Shown here piece after piece: positions 12,930-22,732 of a stretch of 64,000 nt of DNA; positions within the stretch are counted from its first letter, which is position 1; each line of letters begins with the position of its first letter. Source of the stretch: Schizochytrium sp. TIO01 (taxonomy: Eukaryota > Protista > Bigyra: Labyrinthulomycetes); NCBI GenBank assembly GCA_004764695.1, contig SMSO01000014.1, forward strand, positions 3,715,648 through 3,779,647, given 5' to 3'. The notes beneath the pieces were generated by a model. That model was not told the DNA's origin. It saw only the letters and a list, made by a program, of their open reading frames with translations, and made no database searches. The position numbers were made by a program, and so were the translations under genes.

Positions 12930-15900
12930 TTACGAACGAGAACTGGACCAGGGCACATGACCACCCTGACGCTGCATGGTCTGCAGTCCGCGGAGTCCAC
13001 TCGTAGCGATGCCGTTCAGAGCTTCGTCCATCGCTTCACTGACAGCATCAATAAACTCATCAATCGAAATATTATTGTCAAGATGAGATGTAAAATGAGC
13101 CTTGATCATATTTAAGCCATGGTCTTCAACATCGAGACCGAAATTCAGGAGTGTTTCGCTGAATATTTCCTCAGGGATTCTGGGCTCAGGACGTGTCACT
13201 GTTGCCTGAGAAACCAGCAATCGCTCCAGTGCAAGCAGAGGCTTTTTTGGCTCAGTATTATTTCTCGATCGAAGTTGCTTTTCAATGCCTTGAAGATATT
13301 TGTCCATTTCACGACGATACGACTTGTAGTCACCATGAAGAGTTGCCTGCAACCACTCCTCGCGAAGCTGTCGATCCCGTGTTCTCTCCTCCTTCGACTT
13401 ATGAGCAACTTGGGACATTGGCCGCACTGATGTACTCTGCTGAGCTAATTTGACTTGCGCTTCTACATTCGCCTTTTCTACTGATCTGAGTAACTCTTGC
13501 TTTTCAGTTGCCGTGAGGCGCAACTTTAATTCTGTAGAGTTCAACTTCTCCTGGACCTCGCGTAGCTCCTCTCGTAGGCGCGCCTCACGGGAATCAGTCA
13601 GATGTCGAAGTTTATCATTTTCACCACGCAGTGCATCTAGCTCGCGGAGTCGCATCGCATGCTCAGCCTCCATTACTCGATAATCCTCAATCTCTTTAGA
13701 ATTTGCATTCTGGCTAAGCTTGCGTCGAGGCTTGCTAGCTGAAACAAGGTCTTCAGCTTCACGAAGTTTTCTTTGTTGCTGCTCGAGTTCATTTCGTGTT
13801 TGTGCAAGACGGGCCTCATTCTTTTGGGCTGTAGCCTCCAGCGTGGCACGAGCCCGCTCACTATCTGCGAGTTTTGCCTTAGCCTCTAAAACCTCTTCCC
13901 GGAGTCGTTGTGCAAGCAGGGTGTAATCCTTCACATTTTGCGCACGCCGTTGTACTAGATCATAGGCCGCTGTGTCAGATGCTTTGTTCACATCATCAAA
14001 CGAGTAAATATCATCGTCTACCTCCGGCATTGCTTCATCGCCCGCGCCATCAGTATTTCCCTTCTCCTCGTAAATCAACGGGTTCCGATTTTCATCGCTA
14101 TAATTCAGAGAAGGACTGTGAGGTTTTTGTGAATCATCAAAACGCAATGTCACACTGACCTTTCCAGCCTCCTTTCCCTCCTTGTTGCACACAGTCAACC
14201 AACGGTGAATGCTTTGACCTGGATGATTTGTCACACCTGCAAGAGGAAGGCGAGCTTTGCCAATTTCTAGCAAGTCCGCACCTACAATATTCAATACAGT
14301 TGCCTCCACGTGAGGCGTCAAGCATATGCCGAGGCATAAGTGATTAACAACTTCATCCCAAGCATTATCATTTTGTAATGGAAATGAAGCCTCCAGTTGA
14401 ACTCCGACTATAAGATCTTCCTGTAGAAGTGGGTATCTATCCAAAAGAGCAAGTGTTTCTGGGGCATACTCTCCTGTACTAGCCCCATCCGCACTAGCCT
14501 TCGAGACATAACCTTTTGTTTGGTTTACGCTTGGTTTGCGAGTATTCTTTTTGGGCGACATGTAAGGCCGAAGGTTGAAGCGAGGTGCGCCTCGTTTATT
14601 GCCCGGCCTAGATTGCTGCACTGCTGTCTTTAAATTTACAGTATATTCATCATTCGAGCGTGGGTCATAAGCCACCAGACCCAGGCGTGTACTTCCCGGA
14701 TCATCGACATGGTGTACAAACAAAATTGTGTACCTAGTCTCAATTTTGCAAACACGTGTACAAACTAAATTTCGATTTGTATTCCGAGGTGGAGAAAACG
14801 GTACTTGAAGAAAAAAGTTTCCAAAACCAGGATTAAATCCACCGTCGTAGACGGCTGGAGTTACACCACCCTCATCACCGGGCATAACTCGTAAGCGAAT
14901 GGCTGTATTTCTCTTCTCGGCAAGGTATGCTGCAAATTCAGACCAACACATTTGCTCACGAAAATCGCCATGAGTTTGTTCAAACACAACATCTAAGAGA
15001 GAACTCATTGAACTCAGAATTGTAGCCAGTCGTCCTCCTTGGTGTGAACGCAACGCGTCTAATACAATATGTTTGCAATCTTGTCCATAACCACAGTTTA
15101 CCCTAAAATGAAGAGAGCTGTCTGACATGTGTGTGAAAAATGGAGAGTTGTTCAAGTTGTCCAATAGTTTCTTAATGAAATCTGCCTTGCGGGGACACTC
15201 TCGAATACTCAACATTAGTTGACTATCTGTGATTGATGTGGCCTTTCGAATCACCAAACGAGACGTTAAATCTTCCAGAGTGTGGATCTTCCGCCCAGGT
15301 GTTTCCATATATTTGGACAGATGTTCCCACTGCAACTCATTTGATTCGAAAGGGCCACCTTTGGTGTCTATGAAATCATAGCCTGCCTTAAACCAACCCC
15401 ATCCGTCAGGTTTGCTTGCAGAGCCCGGAGGAAACCAAGACCACCCACCGGTGTCTGTTTTCAGATCTAACTTGGGAATATGCATGACTAGAGATTGGTG
15501 CAGTTCAACATTTTGCAGCTCAAGTCTGCGCCCAGTGCAAGGGTTAAAAATATGCACCCTAAGTTGATGAGTTTCGGAATTATCATGAGGAAGCCTCTCC
15601 ACACGAGCTTCTTTAGTGTTAGGGTCAAACAATACCGCAAGATTGTCTTGAGTACACATTATTAATTTCTCATGCGTGGTACCGGATAAGCTTTGCAGAT
15701 TAGGTTGCACCTTCTGCGCATAAACATCAATAAGAAACAATGAGGGGCCATTGCGAATTGCATCCTGCGTTTGAAGTATGTGCCGAAGCTTAAGTTCAAT
15801 ACCACGCGTTCGATCCGGGGAAAGAATTCTAATCAACACTGACTTTGTAAGAGAGTTGCTCTTACAATATAAGAAAGCATCATCAATGAGCATGCACATT

Positions 15901-18900
15901 TCTTCGCTTAAGGTAAGCCTGATGCAGTCATCATGCTCATTAGAATTTTCCACTTCAACTGTAAACAGATCCAGAAAACTTTGCGTTTCTTCCTCTTCGC
16001 GTTGTTTAGCTTCCTCATCCGAAAACTTCTGTGTAAGTCTAAGTTCTGCAAGCTTTGCCCGAGCTTGGGCTTTTGCATAAGCAGTCAGTACACCAGACGT
16101 AAGTGGCCCGGATTTTAAATCGGGGACAGCCATTCCTAAGGTTTGCTCGATAAATTTTGGAAGCCTTCCTAAGATTACATCTATGTTTAACGCACCCGGG
16201 GATATAGTGGCCGTAGGGTCAACGTGTAATTTCCCTGTCTGTACCATCATAAGGACATCAATAAATACCTGCCGAGCTCGTTTAGGGGGCTGAACTAATG
16301 GTTCAGACCCTAACGAAGCTCCTTGGAGATGATGGCGGTTTAGAAACGCCTGGAAAGCGGCGGGCGTCTTAAACAAATGTGCAACTCGGTATGCCCGTAA
16401 AGCTACGACTTTTGGTTCCCCTGAAAAATATGTACGTTGTAGAGTGCTTGCACAGCTCAAAGTGAACTCGCTCAGCTGTGATGCAAAGTGTCGTAGTTTA
16501 AACCAGTCAATGCCAACGGACCAAGTCTGCTCTACAGCGTTCTTCTTGACACCGGAACTTCCTAGAGTTGAAAGGAGGTCTTCCATGTAAACTTCTCGTT
16601 CTTCGAGATGGCTTGCATCAGTATCTCCATCCACAAACGAAATAAACTCTTGTGGATCTATATTTCCATCACCATCTTTATCCAGGTGCGTGAGCAAGAT
16701 CTGCATATCATCAGAGTTCAGGGCAAAGCCGAGAGCCTCCATAGCGTGCTGGAATTCCAGGGGGTCAATTTTACCATTGTGGTCCTTGTCAAATTTCGCA
16801 AACCATGCACGGAGGTTCTCGGAGCGTGACAATTGTTCTTTCAACACTTTTGCCTCACCAGAGACTGGGGCAATTGTAGAGTAAATAAGTCTCTCGTTGG
16901 TATTCCCAGGATTTCCATAGCTCAATGATGATCGGGCACTTAAGTTGACATCGGTAGTAGACGCTGATTTGCACGAGGGATCGCTATATTTTATTTCAAG
17001 TTCCCGGCCAAACAATATAGCTTCAAAGACATTATTGAATATATCTTCAAATACACCCGAACAAAAATCTTTGTCCAGGTTGATGCTCCGCTCCTCCATA
17101 GCAGTATTGACGTCACTTGCCTTGATATCATCGCTCTGGGTGTTGGATGGGCGTTCTCCCGCTGCAGCGTCTGGGCCAGCAGAGGCATCGCCTACACCGG
17201 ATGGCAGCTTCAAAAAGTCTTTCTGATCTTCACGATTCGATGGTTTGTTTTGATATGCTGTAAGAATGGCATCAAATTCCTCCTTCTCACCTTTTGTGAG
17301 GTCTTCGTGGGCAAATTTGCCCTTACTGAGGTCCGCACTGTACGTTTTTCTCTCATACCCCGACTTGCTACGAAGCCTGAAAAGAGCAATGTTACGATTT
17401 TTATCTGCTTCGCGTAGCTCAGGAGTGTTAAAGATTTTACCTGTCATAGAAAGTGAAAGTGCAAATGGGAGCCGCTTATCCACTTTAGGAGATTTATTGT
17501 GAACCGCAAGCATTGGTACAGTGGGGGCAGAGGAGTCGCCGTAAATTTCTGTGGGACTAGGCGCAAACTGAGACTTTGAGATAATACTTTCCCGCAGAGT
17601 CTTGACAACTTGCTCAACATAGCCATTTCGATTTGAGACATAGATGCTTCTGCCATCACTATCCTCAAATTGATTTTCCAATGGATGCAGATCAAGCAGC
17701 TTTTTCTTGTCGCCACACCATAGTTCAGTTTTTGCTTCCCAAAACGTAGAGTCTTGAACTTGATGCTCAAATACCCATATGTGAGATGGCTCCTCCAAGG
17801 CATAGTCTTTTCCATCACTGATATTATAAATGATGGGAACGCATAAAACATCACCTTGGTCTACAGGCTTATCTAATGTTGTATTGATGCGCCACACAGT
17901 AAGAATTACTAAAGACTCTTCTGTTTGTAGTACCTTGCTGCGAAAGACAGATGTCATTAATTTTTGTGAAACGTCAGAAGCAAAGGCAGTAGTCTTGGAA
18001 GCTAATGTATCTGTGAGAACTAGGTCTTTTGCCTCGTGAACATGTACTGTGAGTTGACCAGGAGCCGTGGTAGGAGGTCGAAACATAAGATCATCAGTAC
18101 TGGTATCTGGGCGCAAATCGTGAAGAGATTGTTTCAAGAGATATTGCTCAAAAATTGACCGTACTTTAGCACGATCGATGACTGTGCCCGGATATGCTAG
18201 TGCTTCAAAGTCGTCATCGGGCAGCTCACTTACACTGAAACCAAGACTGACAAGCTGATCCTTGAATTCAAAACGGCTAAGATCACCATAGCCCTGAAAT
18301 GTGGCAAGAATTCGGTGTGGGCGAATGTTGTAGTGTGTGGCTAATTGTGTCAGCCTCTCTTTAAACCGTTCCGCTCTTAGGGACATAGTCCGGCTCTCTT
18401 CACTCTGGTCTGTTTCTTGCGCTCCGGTATTCGGTAAGCTTTCATCACCACCGTTCAGAGCACCTGCATCTTGCAAGACAACTGAGCTTCTCCGTGCTGA
18501 GTTAGTAGCGGCAAACGGATCTGGGAGTATATTATTTTCGTCCAAACGAATTGGAAGTGCACTTTCTAAGCTCATTCGCTTATCAAAATATATTGTAAGT
18601 ATGAAGTTCTCTTCATGACCACGATCAAGCGTATGAGGAACAATTGCATAGTCTCCACGCATAAGTATAACCTCTTTGTCGCAGCTTGAGGAGTATGTAT
18701 AAGTAGGCTGCCACTCTGCAGGAGAGCTTCCAGCGATCGGCTCCGAGAGACTTGGTTTCTTTACACTATGCTTATTATGTGGATTAATATTGCATATCGT
18801 AAATGAGAAAAGCATATGGTGATCTGTCTTTCCTAGCTCGATTCTTCGATTTTTCAATGCCAGTTGAATAAAAACCCGTGTTTGCGGCTCTTCAATACGA

Positions 18901-20375
18901 ATTCGAAACATAGGGTTAGAAGTCCAGGTTTCACGATCAACACCACCTCCTGAAGTAGATTCCGTCCACTGGCCTTTGGCAACCAAGCCTCCAAGCCACT
19001 GCGAACCAATTGAAATAAAGTCACTTGGATTTGAAAGCACTCGAAGTTGCACGGACACGTGCATTGATGTAAACTTGCTCGCAAAGTCATTCCATGACAT
19101 CAGAAAGCAATCTTCTCGCTGAAGCTGGGTAAGAGGGAAAAGACTTTCCAGTTCTTTGGTATATTGTTTGAACTCTTGGCTTCCTTGGCTCCATGGACCC
19201 ATCCACTGACCAAACCCCCATGGGTTGTGTACAAGAACTATCTTTGTGTTATTTATTGTTTTAGCAGCGAGTAAACCATATGCGTGACGCAGCTCAAGGC
19301 CACGCAGGGCTGATGGCATCAAAGCGCTTCCTTCATCTTTGCTAGGACGGATACTTTTCCCTATTTCAGAGCTTCTCGACACTTGACGTCCTAGAGCATG
19401 TGATGGGAGTTGTTGCTGCATCGCTACGGCTTCTTTGCAATCCTCTGGTCTCACAAGACACCCAACTGCCGAGCCATAGTCGAGGGCAGTGCGCAATTGT
19501 CGCCAGACTACCTCCAAGTCGCGAAGAGATGAATTTGCATCCAAGGCACCCAATAAAACTTTTTGTGTCGCCCAACCAGTCAGATCCCGCAATGCTTGTT
19601 CCATAGCCCCTCCCGTGAGGCTGTCATAGCTAAAGTGGAGTTTTGCGTATGCCTTTTCTAGAAGTGGGAGCCAGACCTCACTGCTATTTCGAGTACGTGC
19701 AAAGCATGGCTGACCATCTGCACACGCAAAGATTGGGATTCTATCATCGATCACTACATAATACCAAGCACTATTTTTATAAAATCGGCAAACAAATAGG
19801 CCATAATCTTTGAAGTCATCAAATCGCCAAAAGATGGACTCAACTAAATTTGGACGCATAGCAGCTGCAGTTACGGCGTTAAGAAACCAACAATCACCCA
19901 GCTGACCTTGCACAATGGTCGCCTCTGAAGCAGGAGAATAGAATAGTTTTGCGTTCTTACAATAACATTCTTCATCGCCACGTTGAAGGAGTGAACTCAT
20001 TGCATCTCTTACATAGCTAGGTCTTTTCCAAACGATTTCCGTCGGCTTTGGATACCCGGGAGCACCTTGTCGCCCATTACGAAACAAGGACCGAGCCCCC
20101 AAAGGATCTGAAACATCTGGACCAAACTCGGGGTCGGTCCACTGAGCGCCTGCACGCCTTTTATTTATCTGTGCGATCTCAGACTTTACGAAGGCAGCGA
20201 CTCGTACCTCAACTCGTTTCTGAAGGCTTTCCAGGTCTCGAGGGGTTCTCTCCTTTGCATTTTCCTCCACGCCAAGTTCAATGCTTGCCACATCACCCTC
20301 TGAGCAGAACACTGTGCGCCTTCGCATAGACATGACGTCTTGAGCAGCAACTTGTTTGTCCGAAGACCACAACAT
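12930..20375 (-). CDS. Giant multidomain calpain-family cysteine protease (CysPc + domain III + C2 elements + EF-hands + coiled coil), 2481 aa
   Basis: Intact catalytic triad QGQLGDCWFL / HAY / NPWG. Calpain motifs WTDPEF, VVIDDRIP and WLPLLEKAYAKLHFSYDSLTGG. Domain III GQWTESTSGG...TWTSNPMF...GDYAIVPHT. Canonical EF-hand pair DKDHNGKIDPLEF and DKDGDGNIDPQEF. C2-type strands and a C-terminal coiled coil. Confidence 0.93.
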   Translation of the reverse strand: MLWSSDKQVAAQDVMSMRRRTVFCSEGDVASIELGVEENAKERTPRDLESLQKRVEVRVAAFVKSEIAQINKRRAGAQWTDPEFGPDVSDPLGARSLFRNGRQGAPGYPKPTEIVWKRPSYVRDAMSSLLQRGDEECYCKNAKLFYSPASEATIVQGQLGDCWFLNAVTAAAMRPNLVESIFWRFDDFKDYGLFVCRFYKNSAWYYVVIDDRIPIFACADGQPCFARTRNSSEVWLPLLEKAYAKLHFSYDSLTGGAMEQALRDLTGWATQKVLLGALDANSSLRDLEVVWRQLRTALDYGSAVGCLVRPEDCKEAVAMQQQLPSHALGRQVSRSSEIGKSIRPSKDEGSALMPSALRGLELRHAYGLLAAKTINNTKIVLVHNPWGFGQWMGPWSQGSQEFKQYTKELESLFPLTQLQREDCFLMSWNDFASKFTSMHVSVQLRVLSNPSDFISIGSQWLGGLVAKGQWTESTSGGGVDRETWTSNPMFRIRIEEPQTRVFIQLALKNRRIELGKTDHHMLFSFTICNINPHNKHSVKKPSLSEPIAGSSPAEWQPTYTYSSSCDKEVILMRGDYAIVPHTLDRGHEENFILTIYFDKRMSLESALPIRLDENNILPDPFAATNSARRSSVVLQDAGALNGGDESLPNTGAQETDQSEESRTMSLRAERFKERLTQLATHYNIRPHRILATFQGYGDLSRFEFKDQLVSLGFSVSELPDDDFEALAYPGTVIDRAKVRSIFEQYLLKQSLHDLRPDTSTDDLMFRPPTTAPGQLTVHVHEAKDLVLTDTLASKTTAFASDVSQKLMTSVFRSKVLQTEESLVILTVWRINTTLDKPVDQGDVLCVPIIYNISDGKDYALEEPSHIWVFEHQVQDSTFWEAKTELWCGDKKKLLDLHPLENQFEDSDGRSIYVSNRNGYVEQVVKTLRESIISKSQFAPSPTEIYGDSSAPTVPMLAVHNKSPKVDKRLPFALSLSMTGKIFNTPELREADKNRNIALFRLRSKSGYERKTYSADLSKGKFAHEDLTKGEKEEFDAILTAYQNKPSNREDQKDFLKLPSGVGDASAGPDAAAGERPSNTQSDDIKASDVNTAMEERSINLDKDFCSGVFEDIFNNVFEAILFGRELEIKYSDPSCKSASTTDVNLSARSSLSYGNPGNTNERLIYSTIAPVSGEAKVLKEQLSRSENLRAWFAKFDKDHNGKIDPLEFQHAMEALGFALNSDDMQILLTHLDKDGDGNIDPQEFISFVDGDTDASHLEEREVYMEDLLSTLGSSGVKKNAVEQTWSVGIDWFKLRHFASQLSEFTLSCASTLQRTYFSGEPKVVALRAYRVAHLFKTPAAFQAFLNRHHLQGASLGSEPLVQPPKRARQVFIDVLMMVQTGKLHVDPTATISPGALNIDVILGRLPKFIEQTLGMAVPDLKSGPLTSGVLTAYAKAQARAKLAELRLTQKFSDEEAKQREEEETQSFLDLFTVEVENSNEHDDCIRLTLSEEMCMLIDDAFLYCKSNSLTKSVLIRILSPDRTRGIELKLRHILQTQDAIRNGPSLFLIDVYAQKVQPNLQSLSGTTHEKLIMCTQDNLAVLFDPNTKEARVERLPHDNSETHQLRVHIFNPCTGRRLELQNVELHQSLVMHIPKLDLKTDTGGWSWFPPGSASKPDGWGWFKAGYDFIDTKGGPFESNELQWEHLSKYMETPGRKIHTLEDLTSRLVIRKATSITDSQLMLSIRECPRKADFIKKLLDNLNNSPFFTHMSDSSLHFRVNCGYGQDCKHIVLDALRSHQGGRLATILSSMSSLLDVVFEQTHGDFREQMCWSEFAAYLAEKRNTAIRLRVMPGDEGGVTPAVYDGGFNPGFGNFFLQVPFSPPRNTNRNLVCTRVCKIETRYTILFVHHVDDPGSTRLGLVAYDPRSNDEYTVNLKTAVQQSRPGNKRGAPRFNLRPYMSPKKNTRKPSVNQTKGYVSKASADGASTGEYAPETLALLDRYPLLQEDLIVGVQLEASFPLQNDNAWDEVVNHLCLGICLTPHVEATVLNIVGADLLEIGKARLPLAGVTNHPGQSIHRWLTVCNKEGKEAGKVSVTLRFDDSQKPHSPSLNYSDENRNPLIYEEKGNTDGAGDEAMPEVDDDIYSFDDVNKASDTAAYDLVQRRAQNVKDYTLLAQRLREEVLEAKAKLADSERARATLEATAQKNEARLAQTRNELEQQQRKLREAEDLVSASKPRRKLSQNANSKEIEDYRVMEAEHAMRLRELDALRGENDKLRHLTDSREARLREELREVQEKLNSTELKLRLTATEKQELLRSVEKANVEAQVKLAQQSTSVRPMSQVAHKSKEERTRDRQLREEWLQATLHGDYKSYRREMDKYLQGIEKQLRSRNNTEPKKPLLALERLLVSQATVTRPEPRIPEEIFSETLLNFGLDVEDHGLNMIKAHFTSHLDNNISIDEFIDAVSEAMDEALNGIATSGLRGLQTMQRQGGHVPWSSSRS

Positions 20376-21419
20376 TTCCCTTCGCTGTGGTTCTAAATTA
20401 AGGTAGCCAAACAGATGGCGGGCAACCTCGCAGCCAGAGCACCGATTTGCAGAGATCCGCGCGGTCCTCCACGCGGCCGATCTCTAGCGCCTCTAGAGCT
20501 CTTTGCAATTCCCTCCCTCCAAATTGCTGCAGAGCAGGTTTACTACTCTAGTACTTCCTTCATGCTCATTCATGCACCCAAAGAAAGAACCCGGTACTCC
20601 ATTTATTACTATTACCCGACCACGAGTATTTAATATTATGTTTATATTAGAAGTCAACCTTGTTTTGGTAGGGTCTCTAACGCCGCTCAACGGTCGAATG
20701 CTTTACAAAAGAAGCCAAGAAGTGACCCAAGAGCTCAAGCGATGTAATTGAGACAGAATAGAATAGATCAGAAAGGTTGAATAGATGGATTAAGTCAATA
20801 TTATTGATAAATAAGTATTGTCGCCAATGGGATCTTTGTTATTCGTGACTATCATGGTAATGGCAATGAAAAAGGAGGAGATCCTGTTGATGGCAAACGT
20901 GTAGGGAGGTGGGGATAGACTGCAGATTTGAGAGCAGAGGAAAAATTGTTGATGCTTGAAACAGTAAAATGTATTACAAATAAAATAAGAGTGGCGTGGC
21001 CTATGTTTTAGACATAAGAATTGGGGGGATAAAGAAATTCTTTGATGGGGTTTACAAACAAATTTGCCCTGCTTAAAAGGTGCTGACATTTGAGAAAGAG
21101 AAAGAACCAATTGAAGAAAGTATAGTCCAAATTCCACTAAAAATGATATTTCGAGGCAAAAAATGGGTTTTGCTGACTTGAGTCTTCGAATCCGAATTCG
21201 TCTTCATGGGCCTTTCTTTCATGTCGTGTTGCCTGTTATTTATTATTTTAAAATAAGAATGATACTTTACTGAGCACTGAGACGGAAGAGGAGAAAAGAG
21301 AAATAAAACAGGCAAAACAGATTATGTTAATTTTTACTTTTTATTTGAACAAAAACCTAGAAACGATTGAAATGGGTACCAGTGTAATCCAAAAGCTGGG
21401 GCAATTTGCTGGAGTGATA

Positions 21420-22205
21420 TTATGGCAGGTTAATGGAGGTTGTTGGTGTTAAAAGATCGTACATGACAGGATGCACTGAAGCATGTGCAAGGCCATCAGT
21501 GTTTTCATCTATTTCATTTTGCTGCTCCACAGGATTATTTACTTCAGGAGGCGGTAGTGCCATGGCACCAGGGCCGGACACTGTTGCTACGGAGTGAATC
21601 CATGAAGGGACCCATTTTCGCTTCACACGAACTTTGTTTACGTCAAAGAGTTCAATAAATTGTTGGTCCATGAATCGAGATTTGGGAGTAGAGAAACGAA
21701 TGTATTCATCAAGAATAGAGCACAGATTCCACCCGCATGCTTTGCGAAGACATCCCACCAAACAACCTGTTCGGTGTTTTCCTTTGTTACAGTGGATCAA
21801 TATTGGGTGATTTCGCACGTCCAAGAGCTGCTCGACAGCAAGGCGTATCATGTGCTCAGGAATGTCAACAAAAGGTTCCTTGTTACCTGGCACACCAAAC
21901 TGGAAGAGCCGCATATCGTGCTGATCAAGGAAAACCTTATTTGCGTGCGGATACTCTTCGAGAACGAGCGTCAAAATGCTCTTGAGACCAATGCGCTGGA
22001 GAAACGGGAAGTTTTTCATCTTGGGAAATCCTGACCTGTACACGCCAGGCTGCACCATTGCAAAGTTATCAGGAGCAATATATACAGTTTCTTCTGGCAT
22101 CACCTCAGGGCCTAATGCCAGCGTATTGTCGCGAGAGTTACCTCCGCTTCCATTGTCGCTATTGTGAAGCTGCAGCCCAAGTACAGCTTGCGTGGGCAGC
22201 GACAT
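21420..22205 (-). CDS. SIW14: Siw14/PFA-DSP atypical dual-specificity (inositol pyrophosphate) phosphatase
   Basis: PDNFAMVQPGVYRSGFP, GNKEPF, active-site loop HCNKGKHRTGCLVGCLRK, DQQFIELFD. First ATG is at 22205 (the ORF track starts at GTG 22250). A CCTAAC branch-like site and a CAG acceptor at about 22273-22245 suggest an upstream intron. Confidence 0.9.
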   Translation of the reverse strand: MSLPTQAVLGLQLHNSDNGSGGNSRDNTLALGPEVMPEETVYIAPDNFAMVQPGVYRSGFPKMKNFPFLQRIGLKSILTLVLEEYPHANKVFLDQHDMRLFQFGVPGNKEPFVDIPEHMIRLAVEQLLDVRNHPILIHCNKGKHRTGCLVGCLRKACGWNLCSILDEYIRFSTPKSRFMDQQFIELFDVNKVRVKRKWVPSWIHSVATVSGPGAMALPPPEVNNPVEQQNEIDENTDGLAHASVHPVMYDLLTPTTSINLP

Positions 22206-22372
22206 CTTCTCTTTGGCCACTGCTTCAGTGACTTCTCGGCAACCCTGCACCGGGCAAACGACTACAGGTTAGGCCTACGCGTCGACGCGCTCAGCGCCAA
22301 AACAGAACGCCTCGATTTAAAGCAAGGCGTCAGCCACACAGGGCGACGGCTGCTTGCCACAGCCTATTTGGG

Positions 22373-22420
22373 CTTTGCTTTTGCTTTTGCTTTTGCTATT
22401 TTTTTGCTTTGCTTTGCTTC
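22373..22420. repeat. (TTTGCT)n-like low-complexity repeat
   Basis: Read directly between the USP stop and the phosphatase start. Confidence 0.8.
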
Positions 22421-22732
22421 TACACTTCTGTGCTAAACTAATTAAATTTTGAAATTTAATCTTCTGTTATTATTACTATGAGGCCTACAGTTTCATTATT
22501 TATTTATCTTCAAATAAAAATGATAATCTTTGGAAACATTGGAAAGGATTTTTTTATTTTTTATTTTTTAATTTCTGAAAGCTAGAGTAGTCATTCCTTC
22601 CAATCTACTTTGACCAAGCTTGAAGACATTGCTGATGTTACCAAAATTCATCAAAATTATAGATTGGTGAATCGAAACGTGCGTGTCGTTGTAAAGTTGT
22701 AATCATTTACCATTTATTGATCTATTTCACTA

